DNA of 64,000 nt from Rhodosorus marinus CCMP1338 (taxonomy: Eukaryota > Plantae > Rhodophyta), in assembly GCA_029953675.1 (NCBI GenBank), contig JAMWBK010000003.1, positions 806,001 to 870,000 of the forward strand, written 5' to 3'. Below, one piece after another: positions 23,664 through 36,200 of the stretch (its first letter is position 1; the number at the start of each line of letters is the position of its first letter). The position numbers and the translations under genes are program-made. The notes beneath the pieces are model-generated. The model was not told the origin of the DNA. It searched no databases and worked only from the letters and a program-made list of their open reading frames with translations.

Positions 23664-24139
23664 GGGTCAATCGCAGGAAATCAGCCGTGCTACGTCACTA
23701 CATCCTACTCTCACCCTCTGGGTTTTCAACAATATATTGATTGAATATATTGGTATATTTTGATTGAATGGATGGATTGATATATAGATTGACGAGACGC
23801 GTCCCCGTATAGATTGATTAATGGATTGATATATGGATTGTTTTCGTTATGAGCGTGTAGGAAGTTCGCTGTGAACGGAATTTTGGTCTGTTTCTGGTAG
23901 AGCGGATGATGGATGTATCGATGATCCGTTTATTCTTGTATCCATGTGGGATCGATTTGATAGATGATGGATATATTTTGTTGGGGTTGGGAGGGGGGTC
24001 TACAGGGGTTGTTGCGAACTTGTATTTAGAATTTGGCATTCTTTTGTGAGGGGAGGGGGGGGGGGAACTGTTTTCTTCGTTTGGGAGGAGGGACGAACGA
24101 ATTTTGTCTTTTTTGGTGAATTTGAAGGATTGATGAGTT

Positions 24140-25038
24140 ATGTTTCAAATATCTGGACGACAATTGGCGAGGTCGAGGGGACGCATTGGTCTGCTTGGGT
24201 TGAGGCGTGGTCTATCGAGTGGACCTGAAGGAGCGAGTAGGGGATCTGGGACTCCCGAAGCGAGAACAAGATGGAGATCTCCAACGACGTGGTTGTCGTT
24301 GGCTGCTACTAGTGGTGTTGCCAGTTGTTTGTTGTATTACTATTCTGTTCAGTATGAAGAGAGAAAAGAAGCCGTATCGGGGAAGAGATCTTACGGGACT
24401 GCTTCTATTGGGGGTCCCTTTACACTCGTGGACACAAGCGGGAAGAGCGTAACGGACAAGGACTATTTGGGAAAGTTCATGCTGATTTACTTCGGGTTCA
24501 CTTTCTGCCCCGATATTTGTCCGGATGAGCTGGAGAAGATCTCAGAAGCCTTGGATTTGCTGTCAGAACCGGATCAGGAGAGAATAGTCCCAATCATGAT
24601 CTCGGTTGATCCTTATCGAGATACCCCCGAGCGTGTGAAAGAGTACCTGAAGGATTTCCATCCGCGTTTCGAAGGGTGAGTGCAAAAACAGTTCACTTTT
24701 TGCCAAATATCTGTCTTGGTATCAGTCGACACGCATCTCACAGACGCTGAGTTACTTCACACAGGCTCACTGGCGATGAAGACGAAATTGAACAAGTTGC
24801 GAAGGAATATCGCGTGTATTTTAGCAAGGCCGATGTGACTGAAGTCGGAGATGACTACCTAATGGACCATTCCATCATAACTTATCTGATAGGCCCTGAT
24901 GGAAATTTCATAGAGTTTTTCGGCAAATCGACTACACCGAAAGATATTAGCGTAAGGATCAAATCGCAGATAAGGAAACATGAGTACGATGTACTAGGTA
25001 GCATGATGCAAACCAACAAACAGGCTACTGCACAGTAG
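24140..25038 (+). CDS. SCO1: SCO1/SenC mitochondrial copper chaperone, 1 intron (about 24676-24764)
   Basis: Arg-rich presequence, TM segment, IGGPFTLVD, YFGFTFCPDICPDEL (CxxxC), ISVDPYRD, FEG|LTG, YLMDHSIITYL. Confidence 0.95.
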
Positions 25039-25104
25039 GCAGTAGGCCGTTTTGTACGTGCAGATAGGAAGTTGTGTATGTCAATGTTATGAGTTGAACA
25101 GTTA

Positions 25105-25607
25105 CTAAAGCTTAAATTGCTTTTTCGAGTTGTACTTTAACTTTCCGGAGCTTGAGCTAGCCGCAACGGGCTTCACGATAGCTGTAGCATCTCCAGCTTT
25201 GCTTGCCTTTTCCAATAGCGATCGCTCTATTCTCTGGTTGATGGCAGTGGTAAGTTTCTGTGGAAGGCGGAGTAAGTGCAACGAGTGGTCAACCGCGTAT
25301 ACAATGCGCGTGCAAAGGGTTGTCGAGGAAGCACCGATAAAATACGAGACAGTTACCTTGTTCTTGTTAAACGCAGTCGAAAGCGACTGCTTCTTCGGGT
25401 TCTTCGCGGGTTCTACGTGCACACAGACCAAAAAACAAGTCAGTTGTGCGATCAACTACACGCAGACAGCCCCTCGACCTCAGAAACTGCGGGTTTCTCC
25501 AGAGCTGATAAACACTTACTTCCAATTCTTGCACGGTTCTTCTTCTTTTCCTGGTTCCAACTCAGCTTCTTTTTCTGAACAGCCTTGAGGTTCGACTTCT
25601 GTACCAT
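25105..25607 (-). CDS. Small basic UPF0390 / Leydig-cell-tumour-10-kDa-like protein, 2 introns
   Basis: Spliced MVQKSNLKAVQKKK..RIG|KPAKNPKK..NKNK|KLTTAINQRIERSLLEKAS..IVKP; canonical GT-AG sites keep the frame; family assigned from recalled consensus. Confidence 0.6.
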
Positions 25608-27085
25608 CTCGTATATATAGCAGCCCAGTACTCGCGCTTCTTCTTCTTCTTGGTGACCTGTTCTTAGAACAACTCTGGAATGACAACCTTCTCGGTATGC
25701 TCCAGTCGGTGAGAACACAAACAATTATCAAAATCGGTCTGGCAGGGTGCAGACGAGTTTCTGGAGGAGTACAGGAGGTGCCCCGCCGTCTCGACGTAAC
25801 CAGAGCGACAGGTTTTTCGGGGAGCGGAAGAGTGCTAGGTACTTGCTACTGAGTCTTGAATCTTCGGGACCTGTACAACAGCTGAAGCTCCTGACTTAAG
25901 GCATTGGTACTAAGCAAACGATCATAGAGCCCTGATGTCGACGCCGTACAACTGCGAGCTGTCGTAAGAGCTGAATTTTAGCAAACGATACTCAAAAGTA
26001 TGCTAGTTTAAGGCTAAGTCTGCTAACGGGTTTCGCAGATTCCGCACTCTTACCACAAAAAAGTTTCTAAATGAATAAAAAATCCTGCCAAGAGCGCAGG
26101 GATTGCGAGCGTACTGAAAGTATTTAATTTTACTGAAAATAGAAACCCTGAATAAATGTAATAGGAAAAATAAATAAAGTAATAATGAATATTATTACCA
26201 TTACTCTTCATTCAGAGGTTTAAATCTTCTAGTTCTATAACTATGTCCTATAATTAGAACACGATAAATGCTGCGCTGGAAAACGGGTAACGCGGAACAG
26301 ATTCCATTTCTTGTACAAACTGAACCCCCCAGAACTTAAGGTGCTTTAGCAAGCCAAACTAATGTTTTTAAAATAAAAACAACCTTTTATCAGTAGACCG
26401 AAAAAGGTCAGACGGGGTGAAGAAAAAAAACTCCAATCATCGCGATGCAGAGGTGACACTTTGAAATATCATAAATCCAACTAGTCCAAGAAATTCCGGG
26501 GGCTACACTCTTAGTGTCATCCGTGGTTGGCACAATATCGTTTATTACTGTAATAGTGCGTAATTATTTTTTTATTAAGTGATAATTAAAACTATAAAAC
26601 GATGATTTATATGGTTTTTATATATAGAGAATGAAGCAGCACCCGTGTGGCCCGATTGCAAAATGGATTTTTTTGTGTGCGTGCATTTAAAGGATTTTTG
26701 CGGGAAACGCGCAAATAGCTTGCTGGATGGCTGGGAAGGTGAGGGAGAGGGGGTAAGTTGAGGGAAGGGGCGGGATGTGAAGGGTGGGAGCACTTGACAG
26801 GGTGTATAAGAGACAGGTTTAGGTTCTTAGCGGACGGGTTGAAAGAAAGCAAGGATTTATGGGAAAGGGGGGTCTGATTTTTTTGGTAGTGGTAGATATC
26901 TGCGTAGAAAGGTTGTCGTGTGGTGTGGTGTTTTTTTTTTGGGGGGGGTTTGGTTGGGTAGGAGGTGACGGCCAGTAGTCTAAAGGGCAGATCGACTGTG
27001 GCTGGAGACGGTGGTTAACTTTGTATGAGCGCTTGGATATTTGTCGCAGATTCTCAAATCCTTTAGAGGAGATTGCTAGTAAAGG

Positions 27086-28233
27086 ATGGAGAAGAAGGCA
27101 CCGGTGAGCCCATCGCGGACTAAGAATTGGATTTATGTTAACGGATTGTGTTTTGTTTGTAATATCTGATGTATTGGATTCTGCGATTTCCTTTTGTTAG
27201 GTGTTTGATATTGACGATGATGAAGAGCTTTCGCATGGAGAGCACATGTTGGCAGGCGCCATGGCTGGAGTATTGGAGCATGCCATAATGCATCCAGTGG
27301 ATACCGTGAAGACTCGCATGCAGGTGTATTCGGGTCTGTTGAAGAGTGAGAACCAGAGCGCGTTTCGTGCAGCAAGATCGATCGTGGAGAAAGAAGGAGT
27401 GGTGAGGCTATGGCGAGGACTGCCTGCAGTTCTGGTCAGCGCAGGGCCCGCACATGCGGTACACTTTGCTGCTTTTGAGCAGTTTAAACAGGAATTGAGG
27501 AAGGTTATGGGTCATCAAAATCCGCTCGCTACGGGAGCAGCTGGGGGGTTGGCAACGATGATTTCTGAGGGAATTATGGTACCGTTGGACGTCGTTAAGC
27601 AGCGACAACAAATATCTTCCAAGAAGCACGCAAGAACGATATCTGAGAGTGTAAGATATATTTACAGAGAGCATGGACTCGGGGCGTTTTATGCTGGCTA
27701 TCGGACATCACTCTTGATGGCAATCCCGTTCACGACTGTACAGTATTCTGTGTACGAGTTTGCCAAGGGTGTCATCCTGAGACGGAAAGGAATAGGGGAA
27801 CAAGATTTTTCGGCTGGGAGTCATTGCTTAGCAGGAGCTGTTGCCGGAGGAACGGCGTCAGCGGTAACAACTCCTCTGGATGTTGTTAAGACGCGATTAC
27901 AAACCCAAGGTGAAGTAGGTGCTAGGAGATATAGGGATTTACGTCACGCCATGAAGACGATCTACTTAGAGGAGGGTATTCGGGGGCTCTTCCGAGGTGT
28001 ACAGCCACGCGTTTTATTTTTCACGGTACGCCTATCTCCCGTTTAGACCGTCTTCCCCTTCGCTTTCGATAATAAGTCGGCTAGGCTGCTCACCAACGTC
28101 CTTTATTTTTCTTTACGATGGATAGCCGGCGGCCGCGATCTGCTGGACGACGTATGAGCTCTCGAAACATACGCTTGGACTCTACAGCGAAGTGGTGCAC
28201 ACGGAAGATACTATATCTGCGCCCCACACCTGA
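27086..28233 (+). CDS. Mitochondrial carrier, mitoferrin (MRS3/4)-type, 2 introns
   Basis: Three PxD(T/V)VKxRxQ signatures; AGAMAGVLEH, GPAHAVHF, RVLFFT|PAAAICWTTYE. Confidence 0.9.
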
Positions 28234-28673
28234 CGTGAAGCACCGTCGTCCTTCAGGTCGCTGAATTAGTTCTTCCCGAAGAATATTAGCATGTATTTGT
28301 ATTGTTGTCAAGTCTTTGAAATTCCCCTCCCGGGAAGTATTGCTCTCTTGTAAGGAGAGAAGCAAGACGTATGTAAATAACTGACTTCATTGATAAAGAA
28401 GGGGTTATGTATGCCATCGCAGGGAACTGCATTGGCTGTTCGCTGTTGTGATGATTCCCATTGACAGGTGCTTCGCGGGGGAGGGGGAGAGTTCTGGAAA
28501 GACCAAATTTACTCATTCCTGACGTACCTAGCCAACAAAACAGACCAAACCCCATTCCATTCGGAGGAAACGGTCTGAGTACCTTTTTGAGAACGACCGA
28601 GTGACCCTTCCCTCCTTATCCTTGCCTTTATGTGCATTAAAAACGGTCCTATTTTTATTTACATGAACAACGA

Positions 28674-29519
28674 TCATTGCGATTTTGCCTTGTCCCCTTC
28701 GGAGCCAGGGATCGAGTCAGAGTCGCTATGCTCAGCGGCAGCGCTTTGGCTAGGTTCAGTTGAAACGGGCTGGGCTATGCGGAACTTATCAGATTCACTC
28801 CTGTGAACGAGTACGAGGCGTGGAAATTCGATCACAGTTCTACCTTGCACGGATTCTGCGAGAGTTGAATTTACATCCAGAGGCCAGAACGTGCTCCCTT
28901 TCTCGCGCTCAGCCTCCATGAACACCAGCAGAGCTTCCTCCTGCCGAGTTACGTCAGTTGCGGGTTTCTTGTTCATGGCAGCCGCCCGTTCCAGTGCAAG
29001 TTCGATGACGTCGGCGATTGTGCTCGTCTCAGGAACTCTGTCGAGAACGACAAACTCCGCCTGCGAGCCAGTTTGGACTGCAACCACCCGCTCACTTATG
29101 GTCACTTCCAGGCGCCAGAAGATGGTCCCCTTTTCTTTCACGACCGATGTGTTCCTTGCTGAGCGGCTGAAACCGTGAGGCAAGAACAATAGATGGACAC
29201 CGTTGGTGTGCGCCTGCCTCTTGAGCTTCGCTCGAAGTTGTTTAGATCTCCTACTCGGTTTCCCGAAAGCTCCGGACGACTTTTCCTCCCTCGCGCTAGA
29301 GTCAACACCACGGTTAAGCTCTTCAAGCAGGTTGTAGTCACTCATCAGGTCGGTCTCGTCATATTCAGAGCGGTTGATAAACGCCGTCCGGTCCCTCTCC
29401 CCGGAACATCCGCTGTCATCCTTGTGCCTTCTCACACAGACCGCACTGCAAGTGCGAAGGGAACACCTCGGACACCTGTACAACGAAGTTTTCTTCCGAC
29501 ACACTTCACATTCTGGCAT
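28674..29519 (-). CDS. BCD1: Box C/D snoRNP assembly zf-HIT protein (BCD1/ZNHIT6)
   Basis: CEVC..YRCPRCSLRTCSAVCVRRHK..CSGERDRTAFI..SDYNLLEE. Confidence 0.85.
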   Translation of the reverse strand: MPECEVCRKKTSLYRCPRCSLRTCSAVCVRRHKDDSGCSGERDRTAFINRSEYDETDLMSDYNLLEELNRGVDSSAREEKSSGAFGKPSRRSKQLRAKLKRQAHTNGVHLLFLPHGFSRSARNTSVVKEKGTIFWRLEVTISERVVAVQTGSQAEFVVLDRVPETSTIADVIELALERAAAMNKKPATDVTRQEEALLVFMEAEREKGSTFWPLDVNSTLAESVQGRTVIEFPRLVLVHRSESDKFRIAQPVSTEPSQSAAAEHSDSDSIPGSEGDKAKSQ

Positions 29520-29683
29520 GTTCTCACCTCCAACGCCTTCCAAATTCTTGAAAACACGATGGGTCTGTCCACGAACTCATCCTTTATCTCCTTCGCCCAG
29601 GGTCCTGGAACCTAGAAAAATGTCACCCGATCGCTGACCGTGTCCATAGTACTCAGCAGCGAATACTATGCCCTCGTAAACGG

Positions 29684-30148
29684 ATGCTACCGAGACCGCG
29701 CACTGTACTGCAGGGCGTTGGTTCGCGGATTCTTTGCCTTTGCTCTACCGCGAGCACGCCTCCGGAGCTATTGGGTAGAAGATGCAATGATCGGTCTTAC
29801 TGCAAACAGATGAGGAACGTTTTCAACGCACATGAAGGCCGGGAAACGGACGGGATGGGTCACGCAGTTTTGGTGCTTCACAAAGAGGCACTCAGCATGG
29901 GACGGGTGAATCCCTATTTTTTCCGTACTTGGCGAGGATGGGATGTGTTGTTGGCTACTTTTGTGGGTAAGGAGCACGTTGATCTTTCTCTCCCCCTCCC
30001 AACCACCACCGAGACACTTCCGCTGGCCAAGAATTCTTCATCTACAAACGACCTAGGACGAGATCAGCGATCAATTCGCGAAAGGAGAGCAAGTCAGGTT
30101 ACTGCGGCTTCTCAGAGCGGCGAATGGGCGCGGAATGTGCACGGCTGA
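29684..30148 (+). CDS. Hypothetical protein (154 aa), divergent from BCD1
   Basis: ATG-initiated ORF only; no motif recognised. Confidence 0.2.
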   Translation: MLPRPRTVLQGVGSRILCLCSTASTPPELLGRRCNDRSYCKQMRNVFNAHEGRETDGMGHAVLVLHKEALSMGRVNPYFFRTWRGWDVLLATFVGKEHVDLSLPLPTTTETLPLAKNSSSTNDLGRDQRSIRERRASQVTAASQSGEWARNVHG

Positions 30149-33100
30149 AAGGGAAAAGGAAAGGTTTACATGGTTTGATTGTACTGAGCATTGATTATGA
30201 TGCTGGGTAAACAACCATGCTTTGTTTCCACGAATACTCTTCCCGCAGACTCCTTGCCTTCATGGTCGTGGAGCTGTGGCGAAATCGTGTGGCTTTGCGG
30301 CAGTAGTTTTTCGCGCCCATCGGATGAACGCCTGCTTGAGCTCCGGCATGGGGAGGGGGGGACGCCTCAGTACCCAATAAATTCGTTTCCTTCCGGAAGT
30401 ATCCCTTCCCCTGCTTCCTCAGGCAGCAAATTGAGTCTATAGAGTCAAGCTCTATATAATTGAACGCCGAAACAAAACCGCGCCGTTCCTCAATTGTATA
30501 ATCACTACGGATATTCAATATCCAGCAAGCAATCATTAACCAAATGAATTACTAAATAATTAGATACGATCAACCCGTGCAAGCATAAATTATTACAATA
30601 ATTAAGATACGAAGATATATTATCAATGAAAATAAATAAGCATGTAGCTGGATAATCAAGCAGGGATTGGGTGATGACAATCCAATCACAGGGAGAAAAT
30701 GACAACCTCGTTACTTTAGTGCATTGCTATCGTAGTTTTCATTTGCAACAATGCAAATCAGTGGTTTCCGACTTATACCTCAAAATCCTAAATTTTGAAA
30801 TAAATTTAATATGAATCGTTAAAGCATCCATAAATAATTCTAAATCAATATTCAAGTTCGGAGTATGGTCAAATGACAAACAAAAAACAAAGTTGGGAAA
30901 CGCAGAAGATAGTCTGTTGTTTTTTTTGTTTTGTTTTTCCAACTTTTCTCTCGGCAAAAAGTAGGAAGGGGGGCGAAAACCCTTTGCAAAAAAAAAAAAA
31001 GTGTTCCCATTTTTTCGCCAAATAGATGGAAAGAACTTTTTTTGAGGAAATTTCTTCTATATTTGATTACTTCAAGAAAATTGCGGAAAACAAAACAATC
31101 AATACGTTTCTACTGATAATTTTAACTTCTTTTTTGAGTGGTTATTAATATACCACAATTTAATCTTTCACTATTTTTTAGAGGCCCCCGTCCCAACCCG
31201 GCTTTTTCTCATTTCCCCCCAGCACTTCGGACTCGCGCGGAAAAAAAGGGGGAAAATCTAGGAAAATCCCCAACCCCCCCTTTTTTGCTTGGGACAATAG
31301 AATTCGCTCTCTCTGGCGTTCAGGGACAAATTTAAGAAGTCTTCGTTTTCGATGTTGTATCAAATATACTGTATATTTTATCGTTTTGTTGTTATGCTCG
31401 ATGGCCTTGGGTGTTTTTTTTTTTCAATTCTCAGGTTTGGAGATACACATCCGGTCCTCGTCGGTGAATGCTCTGTGGAGCTATGATAGAGGCGAAGACA
31501 GCTGCACTCACCATGCACACCGCGGCTATGGCGCTGCTTGTAGGTAGACAGGGATCGTCCAGAAATTTCGAAAGTGGATCTACGCTTCAGATTTTTCGCA
31601 ACCCTACTTCGCAAAGTTCCTAGCGATTGCAAGATCTTGCGTAGACAGATTTACAGAGGCTCCATTTAGCTAACTACGAGTGATGTGCATCCGACCAGTT
31701 AGACCAGTAACCATTTAAGCGTTGTTGGCGCCCACCTAGGTGCTCTAGAGATCTGCTGGATTCCACTTCGATAATAGTAGCAGGCTCTACCTCCCCAAAA
31801 ACGAAAGACAGGATTTGCACATCTCCTCGTCCATCAAGGGGAACCAACTCGAGACTAAGGTGGTTGGAGATATCTAGGATCTGCCAAAAGCAGTCCTGAC
31901 GTGGATAGAGAACCAGCTCTTACCGCTTCCATCGCTCGCCGGAGGTGCCGCGACTGCACATGACGACGTGGAGCAGCATGCAAGAGCCTAAACACCCTTT
32001 GAGCAACTGGTTATTATACGTTATACTGTACAATCACCTACCCCAAAACGCGTAGAATGCTAGAGTTAGACCCCCAGAGTTCATTAATATATTAGATCAT
32101 GGAACTAACATGATCTAATTCAAAAGCAGTCGATAATCACCAACCCCCCCAGGAACAGATTAGCCAGACTTCCAGATTCTTTACCCTCCCTATCCAACAA
32201 CCCCAAAACCTCCAAAGTACAAAAAAATATACCGAAATACATTGAAATATTGTGTTAATCAAGTTCGGACGTCTTCAAAGGGTATTGGATTTCCATCTCC
32301 GTTCAATTTGTTTTTGAAATTGCCCCCCCCCTACATTGCGGCAATAGGCAGATTTCCTTTAGCTTTCCGAGTTTAGTCATTCTTTTTTTGGCGGGGGATG
32401 ATTTTCCTTCGCAAGTACTTAATTCTAGCCATCAATACTCATTTTTATTTCAATATTTCTATATATCAATCGTTTTTTATACTTCTTGTTCCCTAGAACC
32501 CAAACCTCGAACCCCAAATCCAATGATCTCTAATTTTTTGTTGTTTTTTTCCGTGTCAAGTTTAAGTCTCTAGATGTCACCATTGTAAGAGAGGGGGGGA
32601 CTGAGAGATGAGAAATAAATTGCTTTTCAAGATCCATTTTATTTATTAAACGAAAATTGGGATTCAATGAGATTTGATGCAGAGAGAGGGGGATTTTTCA
32701 AAGTAAGGCATCACGAGGAGAAGAGGGAAGCCCCGGGGGGGTTTGTGGAAAAGGGGGAAGATGAAAATGATCCACATGAGGAACTCATTTTATTTAACAT
32801 TTGCTGGAAAAAATACCGAGTGGAAAAAGAGCGATGAATGGATTTTTTTTTTGGGGGGGAAATTCTGTGAGGATTGGGGACAGAAGTTGCAAGTGCTCTT
32901 GGGGGCGTTTGGTTTTTTTTTTTTGTGGAGAGGTTATGGGTTTAGTGTGGTTTGGCAGAGGGGGTGTGGTGGGGGGTGAGGGGTGGGGGAAGGGAGTTTC
33001 AGGTTTAGGGGATGGAGTAGAGAGAGCGGGGAGGAGGGTGTGAGAGAGGGGGTTGGATTGAGGTCTGCTGGTGGTAGAGTAGGAGGGACTTGGTGGATTC

Positions 33101-33267
33101 GTTTTTGGCGGGGGGAAGAGGTTGGCTTTCGGGGGAGGTTCGGGGAGGTGGGGGGTTTGGATTTGAGAGTCTAGGTTTGGTTTCTTTTTGGCGAGGTTGC
33201 CAAGGGTACTAGAGTCGCGTGATTTTCTGTTTATGGATACTTTACAGAAGTGGTTCTGAATGGAGGG

Positions 33268-36200
33268 ATGAGCGCTCGGGGGGGAACTCTGAGAGATCGG
33301 TTCAAGTCCCTCTGGGGAAAGAAGGACGAAGGGGATGAGGAGGAGGAAGGGGACGAGGAGACAGAGCAAGCGCAGGATTCTTCCGGAAAACAGTCCACCT
33401 CCAATCTTGCTTCAGGGTCAGCACAGGCGAGTGAATCGAAGCCGACTCAGAAAAAGTTAACACCGAAATCTAGTCCGACTGCTGCGGTTAAGCAGCCTGA
33501 GGCTCCTCCACCGAAAGCTATTTCCGTGTCGCCTAGGGACTCTATGGAAAATCAAAGCCAAAACTTGCAGGCACCGTCTATGCCTCCGAGGTCGATGTCT
33601 GCCCTACAACCTACTGCTAAATCCGTTACTAATCAACAGAGGCAGCTCGCAAAACCCGGAGCGCCGGCGGTTACAAAACCAGTGGCGACCAAGCCTACAT
33701 CGAAGCCTACATCGAAGCCTACATCGAAGCCTACATCGAAGCCTACAGCGAAGCCTTTACCAGTGCCAGCGGTGAAACCAGCTACAGCAGTCGGGAAAAC
33801 CTCTCCAGCGACACCCAAATTAGCACCACCGTCCAAACCCGCTTCTGCGCCTGCGGCCAAGACTAGTCCTGCTACTGCGGTCAAACCTGTTCCTGCTACT
33901 GCGGCCAAGCCTGTTCCTGCTACTGCGACCAAGCCTGTTCCTGCTACTGCGGCCAAGCCTGTTCCTGCTACTGCGGCCAAGCCTGTTCCTGCTGCTGCGG
34001 CCAAGCCTGTTCCTGCACCGGCAGCCAAGCCTGTTCCTGCACCGGCAGCCAAGCCTGTTTCTACTCCAGCGACTACTCCTGCTGCACGAGCGGCCAAGCC
34101 TGCATCGGCGCAAGCGATCAAGACAACAGCATCGACGGCCACCAAATCTTCAGTGCCACAGGCGAAAAGTTGTTCGGCGGGGTTGGGTAAATCAACCGGG
34201 TCTCCTGCACCTGCTCCAACAGTTTCATCCGCACGGAAGCTCTCAGTTCCTCACGAGAGGCCTGTGGGGAGAGCATCGGAGCGGCAGATAACAGCGCGGG
34301 AAATGAAAAGCTCGACAAAGGCTGTCTCGAAACCGACCAATGAGCAAACCAAAACACGGGCACCAACGCAAGCGAAGCTCAGCAGCAATACCGAGGCCAG
34401 GAAAGCTGCAGAAGCTCCCAGGGTCCATTGGAATCGTCCTTTCGAGGACAGGGGAGATGCTGACCTGAGCAGTAAGATAGGAGGAGCGAACTTGTCACCC
34501 GTGACTGTGTACAAGAGCAACGGATTTACCCCGCAACAGTTGAGGACTGGTCCGCTAACCTCCATCACTAACATTGATGATACAGCTCTTGCGTTGCGAG
34601 GCGGAGGAGCTGCGGCTACCTATTCTGCGTTCGAGGACGACGACGAGAATGATGAAGAGCTTCTACTGGAAGAGTGGGAGAGGACTGAGTTGGGCCTAGG
34701 GGAGGACATAGTTGACAACCCGGAGGCAGACTTTCCTGAAAGAAATGGATTTGTTCGTGTTTGGGTGAAGGATGATGAAGTTGGATGGGTTAAGGGCTAT
34801 GCGAGTGCAGACGGAACGGTTTTCGATCTATTTGGAAACGAGCGATCAAGGAACACTCACGATGATTCCCACAGAGTTAGCAACGATGACTTCCTGGATC
34901 ATATGGACGCGGTGGAGTTGCAAAATTTACATGAGTCTACAGTGCTGCATCTTGTCCACGAGCGCTTCAAAAAGTTCAAGATTTATACTTCTGTTGGTAA
35001 CGATGTACTGTTGATAGCAGTGAACCCCTGCATGTCTATTCCGGGAGCGTACACAAAGAAGCGGATGCGCAGGACACACACAGCCGGTAACAGCATGACA
35101 GCGCACGTACCACACGTGTTCTCCACGGCTGACGCTGCGTTTAGAGGGATGATGCAGGAAAAACGCCCCCAGAGTATAATTATCTCCGGGGACAGTGGAG
35201 CCGGAAAAACGGAGTCCGCAAAGCTCATTCTACGCTATTTAGCGTATGAGAATCACCTGTCGAAGAGAATCGCCACTGGGAAGAAGGTGCTTTCCACTAC
35301 GATAGAGGACCGAGTTTTGGAGACGAACCCGATTCTCGAGGCCTTTGGCAACGCGAAAACGCACCTCAATCATAACTCGTCTAGATTCGGCAAGTTGTTG
35401 CAGGTTATGTACAGCGATCGCGGCATGATTACCGGTGCCAGAATTCGTCAGTTCCTGCTTGAGAAGAGTAGAGTCACCGGGGCAATTGAGGGCCAGCGAA
35501 ACTTCCACATCTTCTATCAATTGCTACGCGGGGCTTCACCAGGTGAAAGAGAAAAGTACCACCTATTGCCGATGGAAGCGTACCGCTACCTGTCCCGAAC
35601 CGAGTGCTACGACGCGGATGGCATAGACGACCGGGAGGAGTTCTCGACTACAAAGCAAGCCTTTACACGTCTCGGATTCTCAACCGAGGAGATTGAATCT
35701 GTTCTGAGACTTGTTTCCGGAGTCTTGAGGGTTGGTAACTTAGAGTTTGACGCTAATGACAATGACGAGGCAAAAATTAAGAACATGGCAGATCTCGAGT
35801 GCCTGGCGAAGTTGTTCAAAGTGGACACGAAGGACTTGGAAATTGGAATGACGAAGAGAAAGATCTTTGCGGCCGGAGAGGAAATTGAAACATCCTACTC
35901 TCTGAGAGAAGCAGAAACTATGCGCGAAGGTTTGGCAAAAGCCACCTACAAGCATTTGTTCGCATACCTCGTTTCACGGTTGAATGAACAGCTGATGACT
36001 GGTGGAGACTACAAGAAGGGTGACTCTCGTCATGGCCTGTTTGTTTGTCTGCTTGATCAGGCTGGATTTGAAATATTTGAGAACAACAGCTTGGAGCAAT
36101 TGCTTATCAACTTTTCTAACGAGAAAATGCAGGGTCAATTCCATGAGCGAATTTCGTCCGTAGAGAGAATGGCCTACATAGAAGAAGATATCGACTGGAA

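Noticed and set aside
32794-33369. 191-aa Pro-rich minus-strand ORF; similar ORF at 54057-54668
   Set aside because: By-products of G-rich leaders of plus-strand genes.
33633-34145. Minus-strand 170-aa and 97-aa repetitive ORFs (AGTGLAAV / RNRLGRSS)
   Set aside because: Antisense shadows of the myosin coding repeats.
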